Part shown: positions 1 to 11,813 of the stretch, in pieces
Position numbering within the stretch: the stretch's first letter is position 1
Layout: each line of letters opens with the position of its first letter
NCBI GenBank assembly: GCA_047495785.1
Contig: JBLDXI010000041.1
Location: 101,815 to 165,814 of the forward strand
DNA: 64,000 nucleotides
Source of the DNA: Lepidodermella squamata
Lineage: Eukaryota > Animalia > Gastrotricha
Reading direction: 5' to 3'
Translations under genes and position numbers: made by a program
Notes under the pieces: model-generated
Told to the model about the DNA's origin: nothing
The model's database searches: none
The model's input: the letters and a program-made list of their open reading frames with translations, nothing else

Positions 1-43
1 AAAGAAAGCGACGCAATCGTTGTCTGACTCGCTGGTTCTCGCT

Positions 44-2779
44 TCACACCCACTCTGGTCGTGCTTCGCTTTTGCTAGTTTTGATCGGATCAGGATTCTC
101 TAGCCGTTTCACGCGCGATAGACTTCCACTCCGGACTGTAGAGAAATTAAAGAAAATGAAACTTGTCAAAATAAGAAAATGTCCACAAGACAACGTTAAG
201 ACGACGTGAATTTACATCGATCTATCGCGCTGCTGTTGCTGAGCTTGATGACCGGCAACGGGGAACCTTCGCGGTATAACGAGTCACGCCTGTATAGCAT
301 ACCTGCGTTGGGCGCATTGCTCAGCGCGACAGCGGCGGCGATAGCAGGCTTCGAAGCGTCCGAAAAGTTGGAAATCTCCCTCTGGATCTGACGCAGGTTT
401 TCCTGAGCTTCGCGCTGCTTGGATTTGGCAAATTCCAAGTCCTGACGCTCGAGCTCGCCCGCAGAAAGATGAGCGACAATTGCCGTCCCGTAGCAGTCGC
501 CTAATACGTTAATTGATGTTCTGAAGCGGTCCCTGAGATTTACAGAATGAAAACTCTCGTGAAAATGTTTCTGATTTTGGATGAATGCTTACAAAAGCCA
601 ATCAACGGCCCATATCAAGCTGATGAAAAACGTTTGTAAATTCAAGCCAATTATCAACAAAGAGAACGATGCGACTTACTAAATGTCATCTGAAATGGAA
701 TAATTCAAATATGCTCACAAAGAAAAAATAATGCTCATTTATTTACCTGTGGGTAGATCGATAGAAGTTAGCACGATGACCATCGTGACCAGCCCGGCAG
801 ATGGAATTGCCGCAGCTCCAATGCTCGCCAATGTTGCGGTGATGCTAATCAATGAAATAAGAAATGATTGCACGGTAATTTTGTTTCAAATTTTTCAAAT
901 CATGGGCACCAATCTCTACTAACCTAACGACGATGATTTGGTATAGCGTCAAGGTTCTATTGCGCATTTGTGCAATAAAAATCGGCGCTACTGCCTCGTA
1001 CAGCGCAGTACCATCCATGTTGACTGTTGCACCGATGGGCAAGACGAAGCGGCAAACTCGTGAGTCAATACCAAGGTTCATTTCCAAGCACCGAAATGTG
1101 ATGGGCAGGGTCGCCGCGCTGTTGAAAGAGTAATCAGATAAATAATCAAAATTTATGACATTGTGCTCTCAAACTAAACCTGGAAGACGTGCCCAGAGCG
1201 GTAATAATCGCTTGCAAAACACCACGGACGAGTCGATATGGGTTTTTGCGGGTGAAAATAAAGTATAGCAGAGGTAACGATATTAGCCCATGGATAAAAA
1301 GACCGGCGAGAACAGTGACCATGTACATGCCAAGTTGGGCAATTAGTTCGCCAGGACTTTGTATTGATGCCAAATTGGAACTAATCAAAAACATGATGCC
1401 GATTGGCGAGTACCACATAATAATCGAAATCAGCTTCATCACAGCCTCGTTTAGTTCGAAGAAGAACTCAATGATGACATGAGCTCTCTTGTTGCCCATA
1501 GAGCTGAGACAAATTCCGAAGCATATGCAAAACGCAATGATTCCAAGAACGTTAGTTCCAGCTGTGTACTCGATAACGCGTTTGAATTGCTGCGGGGGCT
1601 CAGCGATCGGAGCGACGGAGAAGTTCGACAGGTTTTCTTTACCTACATTCACGTTTCAATTTTAAAATAAATTTGATCACGATCCTACAGAAATATTTTT
1701 CTTCTAAGTTTGCACCCCCCCCCCCCCCCTCCAATCGTTCTAAATGATATGGCGCTTGAAACATTAGTTCGTCATATTAAAATCAATCAGTCAGCCCTCG
1801 GTGAAACTATTTCATTCAAGGAAGGAAAATCACTGTAAATCAGCCGTTTACCTTGTTGAGGCATTTGCCTGTTGAATGTATTGTAGAAAACTGGCTGTGG
1901 CTGCGTGGGTGCGGAAGTTGTTGTAGTTGTATAAACGGGTTTCTTGCGCGGCTTGTAAACAGTCTTCTGCTGCTCAAAACAGCTCTGAACAAGGTTCTCC
2001 GGAAACAAGTTACTGGAAATTTTGCAGAATAAAAGATTTTTCATGGCGGCGTCATCAAATTTACCGAAGCAGGTCAAGCACGCTATCCCGCGTCGTAATG
2101 GTAGATTCGCCGAGTATGTCACCCCTTCGTTCGATAGCTGTTTCAGGATTGCCCGGGTGTATCGAAAGAACGAGAATAATGCCTAGAATAGCTGCTAGGA
2201 GCGTTGTCGCTGTATAGTATACCAGCGCAATTACGCCCATTTTGGAGCTGGTCGATGCATTTTGCTGTAGGATTTAACGGCTTTCGTGCATTAAGTGATG
2301 GTTTTATTATAATAAGATTACTTGTGATAGGCCGGAAATGAGTGACGATATAATTAAGGGCAGGATGAGCATTTTCAACAGCCGAGTCAAAATTTGACCG
2401 GGGAAAGCTATGAGCTCGATGGTGTCTTCATGTAACGCCGCAGATCGAAGCAAAGTGCCCAATATTAATCCGAGCACAACGGCAATAATTGTTAACTGGA
2501 AAAACTCGACTTGTTCAACCCTTGAGATTTTAGATCTTAAAGCAAGACTTACGAAAAGAAGCATGTTTGTTCGAAACCATTTGGCGAACTGCATTTAATC
2601 ACAAAAGGAAATTTATCGCAAATGTTAACTTGGAAAATTACAAAAAATACTTTTTTTACCTTGCTGTGAGACTCTTTGTTTCCCTTCCGCTCAGTAGAAT
2701 CCTGTGCTAGCGGATGACGATGTGAAGTGTCAGGTTTGTGGTGATGTCCACTTGGTGGAAGGGTGGTAGGAGGAACCAT
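44..2779 (-). CDS. SLC1A: Excitatory amino acid transporter (SLC1A/EAAT family), multi-exon
   Basis: Spliced exons give family motifs: [115 protein letters not shown] at 2779; hand-spliced stop at 44-46 (last exon 135-44 is less certain than the core). Confidence 0.95.
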
Positions 2780-4903
2780 GGTCGCTTGTCTTAAGCTATC
2801 AGCTATCAGCTAAGAGGTATTGTTCAGCTTTCCGTCTCAGCTGAGATTTATGGGTCTTCTCGAAATTTACTGAATTTCATCATTAAAACTACTAGGGTAT
2901 CGATGCCGAGGAAAAGTCCGACTTTTAAACAATTTGTGCAATAAATGTTTGTATAAATTGCGAGTTGATGTAATTGGATCTTATGAAATAACCTATGTCT
3001 CAGTGTTGGGCCTTGAAAAATTATGATATACATCGGGAATTGTGCCGGCAAGCAGATACCAGCGTTATAAAAAGGCCGGCTATAAAGGTGTCTAGCGCAG
3101 ACCTGGATCCTTTCAGGTTTGCGCCACAAATCAATGGCTCTATTACAATGAAACGCCGTCCCAGCGGGAATCGCGGCTCTTTGTCCCGTAATTCACGAAA
3201 AAAATAAGAGTATTCGGCTTTATAACGTTCATAGGCGATAGTGCGACGGTGGCTGTTGAATAATAAGCAACTTGAGTCGATATAATATCGGGTCTCGTTA
3301 AATAACACTTTTATTTTGGCGATCATTACTTTTATTACGAAAACACCGAGTCGGTTGCAGTCATGGAACAGTTTATAGCTAGTCACCATTCGCTCCGCGT
3401 GTCGTCGGCCATCCGGACTGAATCGACCGTGCGCCGCACCTCGTCCGGCTCACCTGCTCCGTCTCTCACAGCGCGGAGCAGCTAGGGATATGCGAATAAC
3501 GTTAATTTCCTATGCGGCAGCGCCAAGTCAACTCATGCTTTTTTGAGGCAAACGGAAAGGGAAGCGCCAGCCGTTTCTCGCATTATTACCTCGCTCAATG
3601 AAGAGATTTACACTTAAATTACATATTTTCAGCTTTCAGCTCACAGTTTCAAGGTAATATTTCAAGTAGGCAAAATATCACTACCTGAATTTTGAGGTTC
3701 GAGGTATTAACCAACGCAAGATACTCTTAACGCTCCCACGATTTCTCACGATGACTTCCGCTTCAAGATTATGAATCGATAACAGCTTTGTATTGCGAAG
3801 CACCTGGTAATTTCTAGTTAGCTTCTCCGACTAGATCATTAAAAGCAACGCAGCTGAATTTTATTCTCGTTATCTCTTCGTTCCGTGGTCACGAGCTTAA
3901 GCGAATGGCTCAGAACTCAAGTATCTGATTAATACTTGGAGTCAAACTTGTTTGAAAAATGCTTTTACCGTATCGACACTTTATTTGGATACATCAACAC
4001 AATCCAGATTATATTTCGACTTATCCAATGTAAATATCGGTTAACTCAGTGTTATCCGAAGTCATACAATCCTGTGGATTAGAGCGATAGAAGAGTGCTC
4101 CAAGACATGGGAAATTAGTGAAATACAGCGATGTTGAACGACGAAAGATAGAGCAGGCGTAAGAACTAAGACCAGATAATTTTTTTCTTGACAACGTTGC
4201 ACGTTACCGCAAACCAGAACATCGAGTAGAATAAATACAAAAGTAAAGGCTCACTCAGTGTGTCACAATCCACAGTTTGATCCTCGTCAGTGATTCACAA
4301 TAAAACGAAAAAAGACAAATATCAATGGAAGTTTGACAGGCACACGCCGATGTTCAAAACATTGATCAATCAATTCACCGACTTGGATAGCCCCAGCAGT
4401 TGCTCTAAATAGATCTACCTCGCGTGGAATGGCACATGCTAAAGATCAGATGTGTCAGACACAAGTACCTTAAATCGAAAAGCTTGAGTCGACAGCTCTA
4501 TCATTAATAATGCACGCCTCAAAAATGCGTTATGATGGCCATGCCACGTGTTATACATTTTATGCGTCTTTGAAATAATTAATCAAGCAATGGAGTACCG
4601 CTTTCTCGAATATTCAAATGCTCCAGAAGAATTTAATATAATAATATGGAAGCTGCAAAACGCGCTGACGAAATATTACTCACCAATCAGTCGAAAAGTA
4701 GTTTAATATAATTTTCTTTTTTCTCATAATTAACCTCTTCAAGTAAATGTGTATATTTACGTATCCATCGATCATTACGTCATCGAATATAAATACCGAA
4801 GTAATTGAAGGCATCACTTGCACCAAAAACCAAAAGCTTATAAATAACTATTAAACTCCAAGACCCTCTCAATAAGTCCGGCTGTTAACTTCCGGCTACT
4901 TTC

Positions 4904-5773
4904 TCATGGAGATGCAGCCTGAGTAGCGGCAGCGGCCTCGTCGTGATTTTCGCCATTGCTTTCAGTCGTGCCGTTTGTAGCACCGTTGGTCGGGCTAGAA
5001 CCAGCTTTCGTAGCAATGAAATCGATTGTCACACTGCGAGCCATCTTGTCCTAAGGGATTACATTAAATCAAACTAATCGACCTTATCCATCGAGATTCG
5101 AGCACAAACCTTCGCAGTCGTGACTGCAGTGCCGACACGGGATACGGCTTGGGAATTCCTATAATCAAGTTTCAAATATAAAGTAAGAACTCGGCTTAGA
5201 AGACAACACCGACCTCAGATCAGTCCACTTTTGAGACATGACAGCGCCGATACCTCGAAGAGTTTGGTTAGTTTTCTGCAGACTATAACAAAGCGCATGA
5301 GCGTAAATGAAATCAGCAACTTCGAACTTACGCTTGCGATTCGCGCACTGCTTTCAAACCCTCTTGCAGGTCATGCTTGATTTCTGCCATAGGTGTGAGA
5401 CCCAATTTGCGACGAAGCTCAGCTGATCGTCTCAACTTGGAATCGAGAAGCTGGCGCAGAGTAGTAATATCTTCCTCCGTCTGCAACATATAAAACGCAA
5501 TAAATGGAAGCCAGGTGCACAACACGCAAGCGAGATTATTAAGTCTCAGTAAAACTGCAACAATCGCGTTTAATATCAACATACACTTTTCAATTCAGCG
5601 CGCCATTCTTCTTGTTGACGCTGGAATTCGGCTGTCTGCTGTTCACTGGAGCCCTCTTCCGAAATTGCTGAGAAGCGCGAAGGGTCTGATAAAAAATTCT
5701 ATGAGGCTCTTAGTTTGAACTGGAAAAAAATTGAAATACCTTGTTCCAAATTTCCAGAATCCGCAGCTGACAT
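4904..5773 (-). CDS. TPD52: Tumor protein D52 family coiled-coil protein, multi-exon
   Basis: Exon near 5331-5482 encodes TEEDITTLRQLLDSKLRRSAELRRKLGLTPMAEIKHDLQEGLKAVRESQA, the D52 coiled-coil signature; later exons continue KT...SQKWTDLRNS. ATG 5773, TGA 4904-4906. Confidence 0.88.
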
Positions 5774-6599
5774 TATTCAACTCAAATAATCTACCTAAAT
5801 AATACGATCTATTGCAGATACAGAAAAGTTAGAACATAGATTTAGATTGTTAGTAAGCAGGGTTCGAATCGGAGTATGCTTTGACAGAAAAAATCAAGAC
5901 GACAGTAAAGCTCTCGATTAAACAGCTAGGAACAAACTATTATTCATTCCCAATTGAAGGAAATAATCTTAACAAAATCACAGCCATGCGAGAATTAGCC
6001 TGTATTCGAGATTAAATACTATATTCTATCTATAGAGCCCACAATCAACTCCTCAACTCACTAAACTCGAAAAGCTCTCGAAGCAGTGATACGTAATCTG
6101 ATTAGCTACTCAAAAGCTTAAGACAGGAGCAAACTTTTCTATGATTATAAGGTTTCATGTTTTTTTTCGCTAAGTCTGAAAACCGCAGAACGATTAAGCA
6201 ATTTTGAGAATCAGGCACTGACACGGCTGATGGGTGATAGGTGAATTTCAAAAGGTGTTAATTATTTCATAATACAATTTGTAAAGGAACAAGAAACTAT
6301 ATTCCAATTCAAAGCAGAGCCATAAGTATGATTTTTATCCTCGATTCGCAAGGTAATGGCGCTTACAAATTTGACGTGGATTGCTAACTTATTTAGTACA
6401 ACCGTGGTATCGACAGCATCGCAGCTTTTTGCAACATAAGTATTATCCAAATGAGATGGGCGGTGTCGCTATACTGTCAGTCAGTCCATCCTAGGAAGGT
6501 ATGAATCTCCGATCCTCCGATCCGAAACATCCTTCGTCCCTCAAAAATCTAAATCTAAGCAATGTCATCGGGATTCCGCCCATTCCTAAATTTTTATTT

Positions 6600-6662
6600 G
6601 TTGCTGGCACCGAATTAATCATCGATCGAAGGTAAGATCCCGCCCCCATGGATGTGGCATCA
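6600..6662. repeat. Dispersed ~62-bp repeat, copy 1 (copy 2 at 34158-34219)
   Basis: GTTGCTgGCACCGAATTAATCATCGATCGAAG...CCCGCCC.CATG.A.GTGG.ATCA is shared with 34158-34219; the core GCACCGAATTAATCATCGATCGAAG is identical. Confidence 0.8.
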
Positions 6663-6804
6663 CCCTTTTTCTAGCCCATTATTTTATAATTATTTTAAAT
6701 TTTGCATTTTATCAAAGTATCATATGAATAATCTAGAAATAATTATTGATGACCATCCATATAACAACTATATTTTTTATTGTTGAAAACCGAATGTGCG
6801 AAAT

Positions 6805-8104
6805 TTTCACACGCCAACTGTCTCAAAGTGAATCGGGACAAATCTAATTATATGTTTTTGTCTAACCAACAGGCTTCTGCTCCAGAAATTCGATTCGGTG
6901 AAGTCGATCTGCCGCCACTTGACCACGTGAAAATCCTGGGAGTCTATCTGGACTCAAAGCTCACCATGGAAAAGCACGTCGATCATCTGATCAAAGCCGC
7001 AAGAAGTGGTACCTACGCACTACGTAAAGCGGCTCGGCACACCGACCTGAAGACTCGAACAATGATGTACGACGGCATCATCGGGTCGAAGTTCAACTAC
7101 TGCGACGCCGTCATCGATCAGGGCTGCAAGACCCAGCTGGATCGACTTCAACACGCGCAAAACAAAGCCGTTCGTGCCGTTCTCGACGTCAGTCCTGACG
7201 TGCCCGCCGATGAAGTTCTCGTGCGATTGCGATGGGTGAATCTGCAAGGCAAACGACTGGTCCACCTGGCTACAACCATGTGGAAGTGCAGCAGGGATCC
7301 TGAGACCCCCGAGGCACTCTCGTCGCTAGTCAAGCCGATGAACCAACAGCATGACCACAACACTCGAGGCGCCGCCACCGGGAAGTACGTCAAGCCATCG
7401 TGCAAGCTCGCCACAGGCCAGCGCTCGTTCCCAACCAAGGCCATCCAGTGGTGGAACCAGCTGCCAGCGAAGATCAGGCTGTCCGCTTCCACAAAGGCGT
7501 GCCGGCAAGCCACGCTCGAATTCCTACGCGAACAGGCCAAACACGACGCCATCATCAAGGCGAATAGCGAGCGAAAGAAGAAGGAACTCAACGCCTCTCT
7601 GCAGCCGCAGGTCGCGTTCAATCCGTACTCCAAAGCCGCCTTCGTCTACAACTACGTGCCGAACTAAATGAGTTTTCCAAATTTCTATTTATATTTTTCA
7701 AAGCCTATACTCAACCAAATGTAATATACTTTATTTTCTTTATAGCTCCGTCATTAAATTATCTTATATTTTGGCTCCGTGAATTACCTCTTGTAAATTA
7801 TCTCTACTCTTGTAAATATTCCTCCTAACTAGTCTTTTGGTAGCTTTCTTGCTACGACGGCGTTTGTAGGCTTCGCTGAGTGAGTGGAAAAGCCACCTGG
7901 GCACTAATGCCTGGGCCCTGGAGAAACAGTCAGCAATAACTGGAGTACCAGGGGTAGGGATTTCAATTTATGTAGTTATTAAACCAGTTTCAAACTTTCC
8001 TAGAGCGTAAGCTCGCGATTTTCTCACAAGCTCCGCCTTATGGTGAAAGCTTGAGTCCGTCAGGGCGAGGAGAAATCGTAAATCCTGATCCTGATCCTGA
8101 TCCT
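6805..8104 (+). mobile_element. 5'-truncated non-LTR retrotransposon, CR1 group (L2/Crack/Daphne-like)
   Basis: ORF 6780-7667 encodes the end of the RT and the C-terminal region (NCLKVNRDKS, VKILGVYLDSKLTMEKHV, FNYCD, LQHAQNKAVR, HDHNTR, GQRSF..A..WWNQLP). It is followed by a 3' UTR and a microsatellite tail (ATCCTG)3ATCCT at 8082-8104. No TSD seen; 5' junction approximate. Confidence 0.9.
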
Positions 8105-9060
8105 TTCATTAGCTGAAAATGTAAAAGAAGGGAAAGACGTGTATTTACCTACGTGGCCGGCGCGTTTTGTTGCGTCTTTAACGTTCTTTCGATATCATAT
8201 GAACGTGTTGTTAATCAAAGTGGAAGCGTGATCCACGTCGTCTAATGGACTTCTCTTCCTGTATTTTATGATGCATTATGCAAAAAGCAAATGTCCATCA
8301 AGAGCTTATCTTGCTACGTTTTACGATTGCTTTTGTGTAGCTTTACCTTGGGTGATGTCCATCTGGGATTTGGGTACTTGCTGCTATGCTTTGGAGAAAG
8401 TCTGCGAAGTACCAGGTACCACAGATGTACATCATAAGTAGCTCAGTAATTTAGTAAACCAGAACACAACTTTTCAAGAGAGTCAGCTCGCAATCTACTT
8501 ACTAGTTGCTCCACAAGTGAATGTTTGGGCCCGTCTGGGTATGTAGTATGTAGTATGTAGAAATCGGATCGCAATCTACGCTGAAATAAATTTTAGTTGT
8601 TGTGCAATCATCGCGAGTGCTGTGGCAGCAGCAATTATAAGAGCCGTAAGCCTTAAGCCGAAGAAGCGAATGCTGTCTGTGGACAGGTGTGGTGCCTGGT
8701 ATCATCCTTTTCTCCGTTCCTGTACGTGTGATGGTTTGAACCCTCAGTTCTTCGGAGTGTTATATAATTTATCACGTGCATTCTCTTTGAACCTGAAAGG
8801 AAGGCCACTTCGTTGGTGGCGAATCCAAAGTATTAACACATCCAACGTCCATATATTCATGAAAAAATAGAATTGATATGATGAGCATTTCTTTGCGTCT
8901 CTTTTGTCTTTTGTCCGCTAATTCCACAGTCGTTTATGAGCGAATGTGTTTTTTTTAATTTTCTGGCCTCGTCGGATTTTCAAGCAGTGCAGTCGGATTA
9001 TGTTATTTGGCACAACTCATTCTGTTATTATGTGATAGGGTTTACGAAAACCTGCTGATC

Positions 9061-9921
9061 ATGGGTGCTGGATATATGTGCTGTCGGGTTATATTTTTCT
9101 TTTTCAACGTGTTATTCTTCGTAAGTTGATGACCGTTTTCGCTTCAATAACATTAAAACAATTTATTTACCTAACAGTTGAGCGGCCTCGGTTTGATTGG
9201 TATCTGCCTATGGGTCAGATTTGATCCACGTTTCGCTAATTACGTCGTTTTTATCAATGATGATTCAACGAATTGGCTGGCATATGTTTTCAAGGGCGCA
9301 TTGTTTGGATTGATGGGCGTTGGAGGATTTGTTGGGCTGAGTGGATTTCTCGGCTGTTGCGGTGCTATCCGAGAGTCTCGTTGGATGGTTGGGCTATACA
9401 TGGCTCTGCTGATCATGGTTATGGTTGTTGAATTGGGAGGTGGAATTTTGGCAGTTATATATCGTCAAAAGATAGAAACAGCCATGGATGGGGCCCTTCT
9501 GACTCAAATACGTAATTCTTACGGTTCTGTCGAGTCAGTTACAAAATCGATTGACGCGCTGCAGATTAATACAAACTGCTGCGGTAGCCGATCGTTTGAA
9601 GATTACCAAAGCAGTATGTTCACGAGCAAGGATCCCCAGGTAAAAGTGCCAGAGTCATGCTGCAATATCAGCCGAAACCAAAATGAACGCGATTCTCAAC
9701 TAGCCGCATGTCAAAGCGAAGCTAGCAGCAAGTACGCTTCGCACTACCTCCGATCCAGTGGATGCTTGACGCGAATCCTGGAAGCAGGGCGTCATATGAG
9801 TCTCATACTGCTCGTCATCGGATTTGGCGTGGTCGTTTTTGAAATTTTCGCCTTGTCGACTGCCGTTTGCATTTTACACGCTGCTGGCAAGTTCTCTGGT
9901 TTGAACGACGATGATTACTAG
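9061..9921 (+). CDS. Tetraspanin
   Basis: Exon 1 9061-9120, intron 9121-9177 (GTAAGT..AG), exon 2 9178-9921. Four TM segments, GFLGCCGAIRES, and a large loop with CCG and PESCC. Confidence 0.95.
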
Positions 9922-10274
9922 GAATTATTCTGTGCTAAAAAATCTCGCGCTTCCAAACAATCACATTTATGATGTCATGACTGCCATCTATGACGTTGTG
10001 TTGTTATTATTCGTGCTCAGTCAAGAATTGATCTGACATTATTGCTTTGTTGCTTCTTTGCTCAACGTATTACCATTTTTGCAGTATTTGATCAAACAAA
10101 TCGGTTACATTTTTTTTCCATTCGTCGTGGAATCCGACCCATTCTTTTTCTTATTCTTCTTCCGCTCATGTAAAGTAGCCTGATTGTTTTTAATGTTTCT
10201 TTTATAAACGATGTTTGACAGCTGTTTTTGTTATCCTTAGGTTCATTTATATTAACTCCACTGAGGCCGCTGTC

Positions 10275-11813
10275 ATGGCGAATGAGTCGCCTTCGCTGAA
10301 CGAGGAGCAAACTAGCGCCGTAGCTCATTTACAAGAAATTGTTGGTTGCTCAACAGAGGAGGCTGTCACGCACTTGGTAACAGCAAATTGGAATCTCGAA
10401 ACAGCTGTGAACAATTTTTTCAACCCGAATGCGGTGCCGGCGCAGCCGTCCGCTGCCCCGCCACCTCCACCACTTGTAAACGAGGTCATGGACCTGCCCG
10501 ACGAGGCCACAGTTCGCCAAAGAAACCGCACATCAAGCTCCCAGCCGTCTTTCGCCTCCGTCGCGGCTAATCAAGCCCGTCCACCTGTTCATCCTGCCGC
10601 ACAGGCCATTGCTAATCGAAACCAAGCAAATGGAATTTGGGCCTATTTGTCCCCCGTTACCGAACTGGCCATGCTCCCTTTCCGATACGCATTCTCTCTA
10701 ATCGGAACCCTTGTTCGTATCCTAGCCTCGTTTTGGTCCCGGCCAGCTCTTCCGCTGGCGCCGAACCGGGTGGTAGACGCTACTGGAGACGTCGAGAGTT
10801 TCATAACTGAAATGCAGGAGCGCTACGGCGCCGATCTACCTCGCTTCTACCATGGGGCTTATTCTGCGGCGTTGCGCGAAGCCCAGCGTGATCTAGTCTT
10901 CCTGATGGTGTATATCCATGCTGACGATAACCCAAACGCGGACGCTTTCTGTCGACGCGTTTTGACGGATGCCCGCTTGAAAGATTTCATCACGTCCAAC
11001 AATATAATTTTGTGGGGATGCAATAACGGTCGCGCTGAAGGCCAGCGTGTTGCACATACAGTTCGAGCCATCCATTTTCCAGTACTCGCCTTGATAGCGC
11101 TTAAAAACAGCTCAATGACGATTGTTTTGCGTATCAGCGGTAATCGAATGGCCGATGCCCCCGATGAAGTTGTCGCTTCCCTAACACGTGCTGTTGCTGT
11201 CGAGAGTGCTCACTTGAACCAGGAGAGAGAAAGACGGCGAGCGCAACAGGCTCAACAGGAACTACTTCGAGAACAGGATAGGCTGTATGCCGAAATGGTC
11301 CGCGAGGACACGGAACGGCAGCGGGCGAGAGCACAACGAGAGGCTGAGGAAGCGGCGGCAGCTCGCGCGGCTGCCGAGGCGCGTCAGTCGAAAGAGAACA
11401 GGCGTCAGGTACTTTTTGATCAGGTCAAGTCCAGAGCAGCAGCTCTGCCAGCCGAACCCAGTGGAGACGAGGCGGTACAATTGGTTGTCCGGTTGCCATC
11501 TGGCGGCTTGCAGCTCCGTCGGAAATTTTTGCTTTCAGATCCAGTCTCCTCGCTGTACGACTGGGTTCACTCAGGCTTCTGGACAGAAGATGCCTCGAAC
11601 GTCTTACAGCTTGTTATCTCATACCCGAAACGCGAACTTCCCTTGCCAACTCTCTACGGCTCTGTTCTGTCCGACCAGTCCACTGCTGTGTTCGAAACTA
11701 CCATCGATGGTTCGGTGTACACTGCCGACGCATCGCTTAAAGAAATGGGAATCAGCCGGCCGCAAGCGCTGTTAGCTGTGGTTATTGAAGATGAGGAAGC
11801 GGCCGCTGAGTGA
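10275..11813 (+). CDS. FAF2: FAS-associated factor 2 (UBA - hairpin - UAS - coiled coil - UBX), intronless CDS
   Basis: N-terminal UBA-like segment (HLVTANWNLETAVNNFF), hydrophobic hairpin, UAS (PRFYHGAYSAALREAQRDLVFLMVYIH), LLREQD coiled coil, C-terminal UBX (VRLPSG..RRKF, ISYPKR). First true ATG at 10275. Confidence 0.9.
   Translation: MANESPSLNEEQTSAVAHLQEIVGCSTEEAVTHLVTANWNLETAVNNFFNPNAVPAQPSAAPPPPPLVNEVMDLPDEATVRQRNRTSSSQPSFASVAANQARPPVHPAAQAIANRNQANGIWAYLSPVTELAMLPFRYAFSLIGTLVRILASFWSRPALPLAPNRVVDATGDVESFITEMQERYGADLPRFYHGAYSAALREAQRDLVFLMVYIHADDNPNADAFCRRVLTDARLKDFITSNNIILWGCNNGRAEGQRVAHTVRAIHFPVLALIALKNSSMTIVLRISGNRMADAPDEVVASLTRAVAVESAHLNQERERRRAQQAQQELLREQDRLYAEMVREDTERQRARAQREAEEAAAARAAAEARQSKENRRQVLFDQVKSRAAALPAEPSGDEAVQLVVRLPSGGLQLRRKFLLSDPVSSLYDWVHSGFWTEDASNVLQLVISYPKRELPLPTLYGSVLSDQSTAVFETTIDGSVYTADASLKEMGISRPQALLAVVIEDEEAAAE

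Noticed and set aside
1714-1729. Poly-C run in an EAAT intron
   Set aside because: A simple homopolymer with no further structure; its length is unreliable.
5845-5880. GGTTCGAATC B-box/T-loop-like motif
   Set aside because: No cloverleaf or acceptor stem can be formed, so it is not a tRNA.
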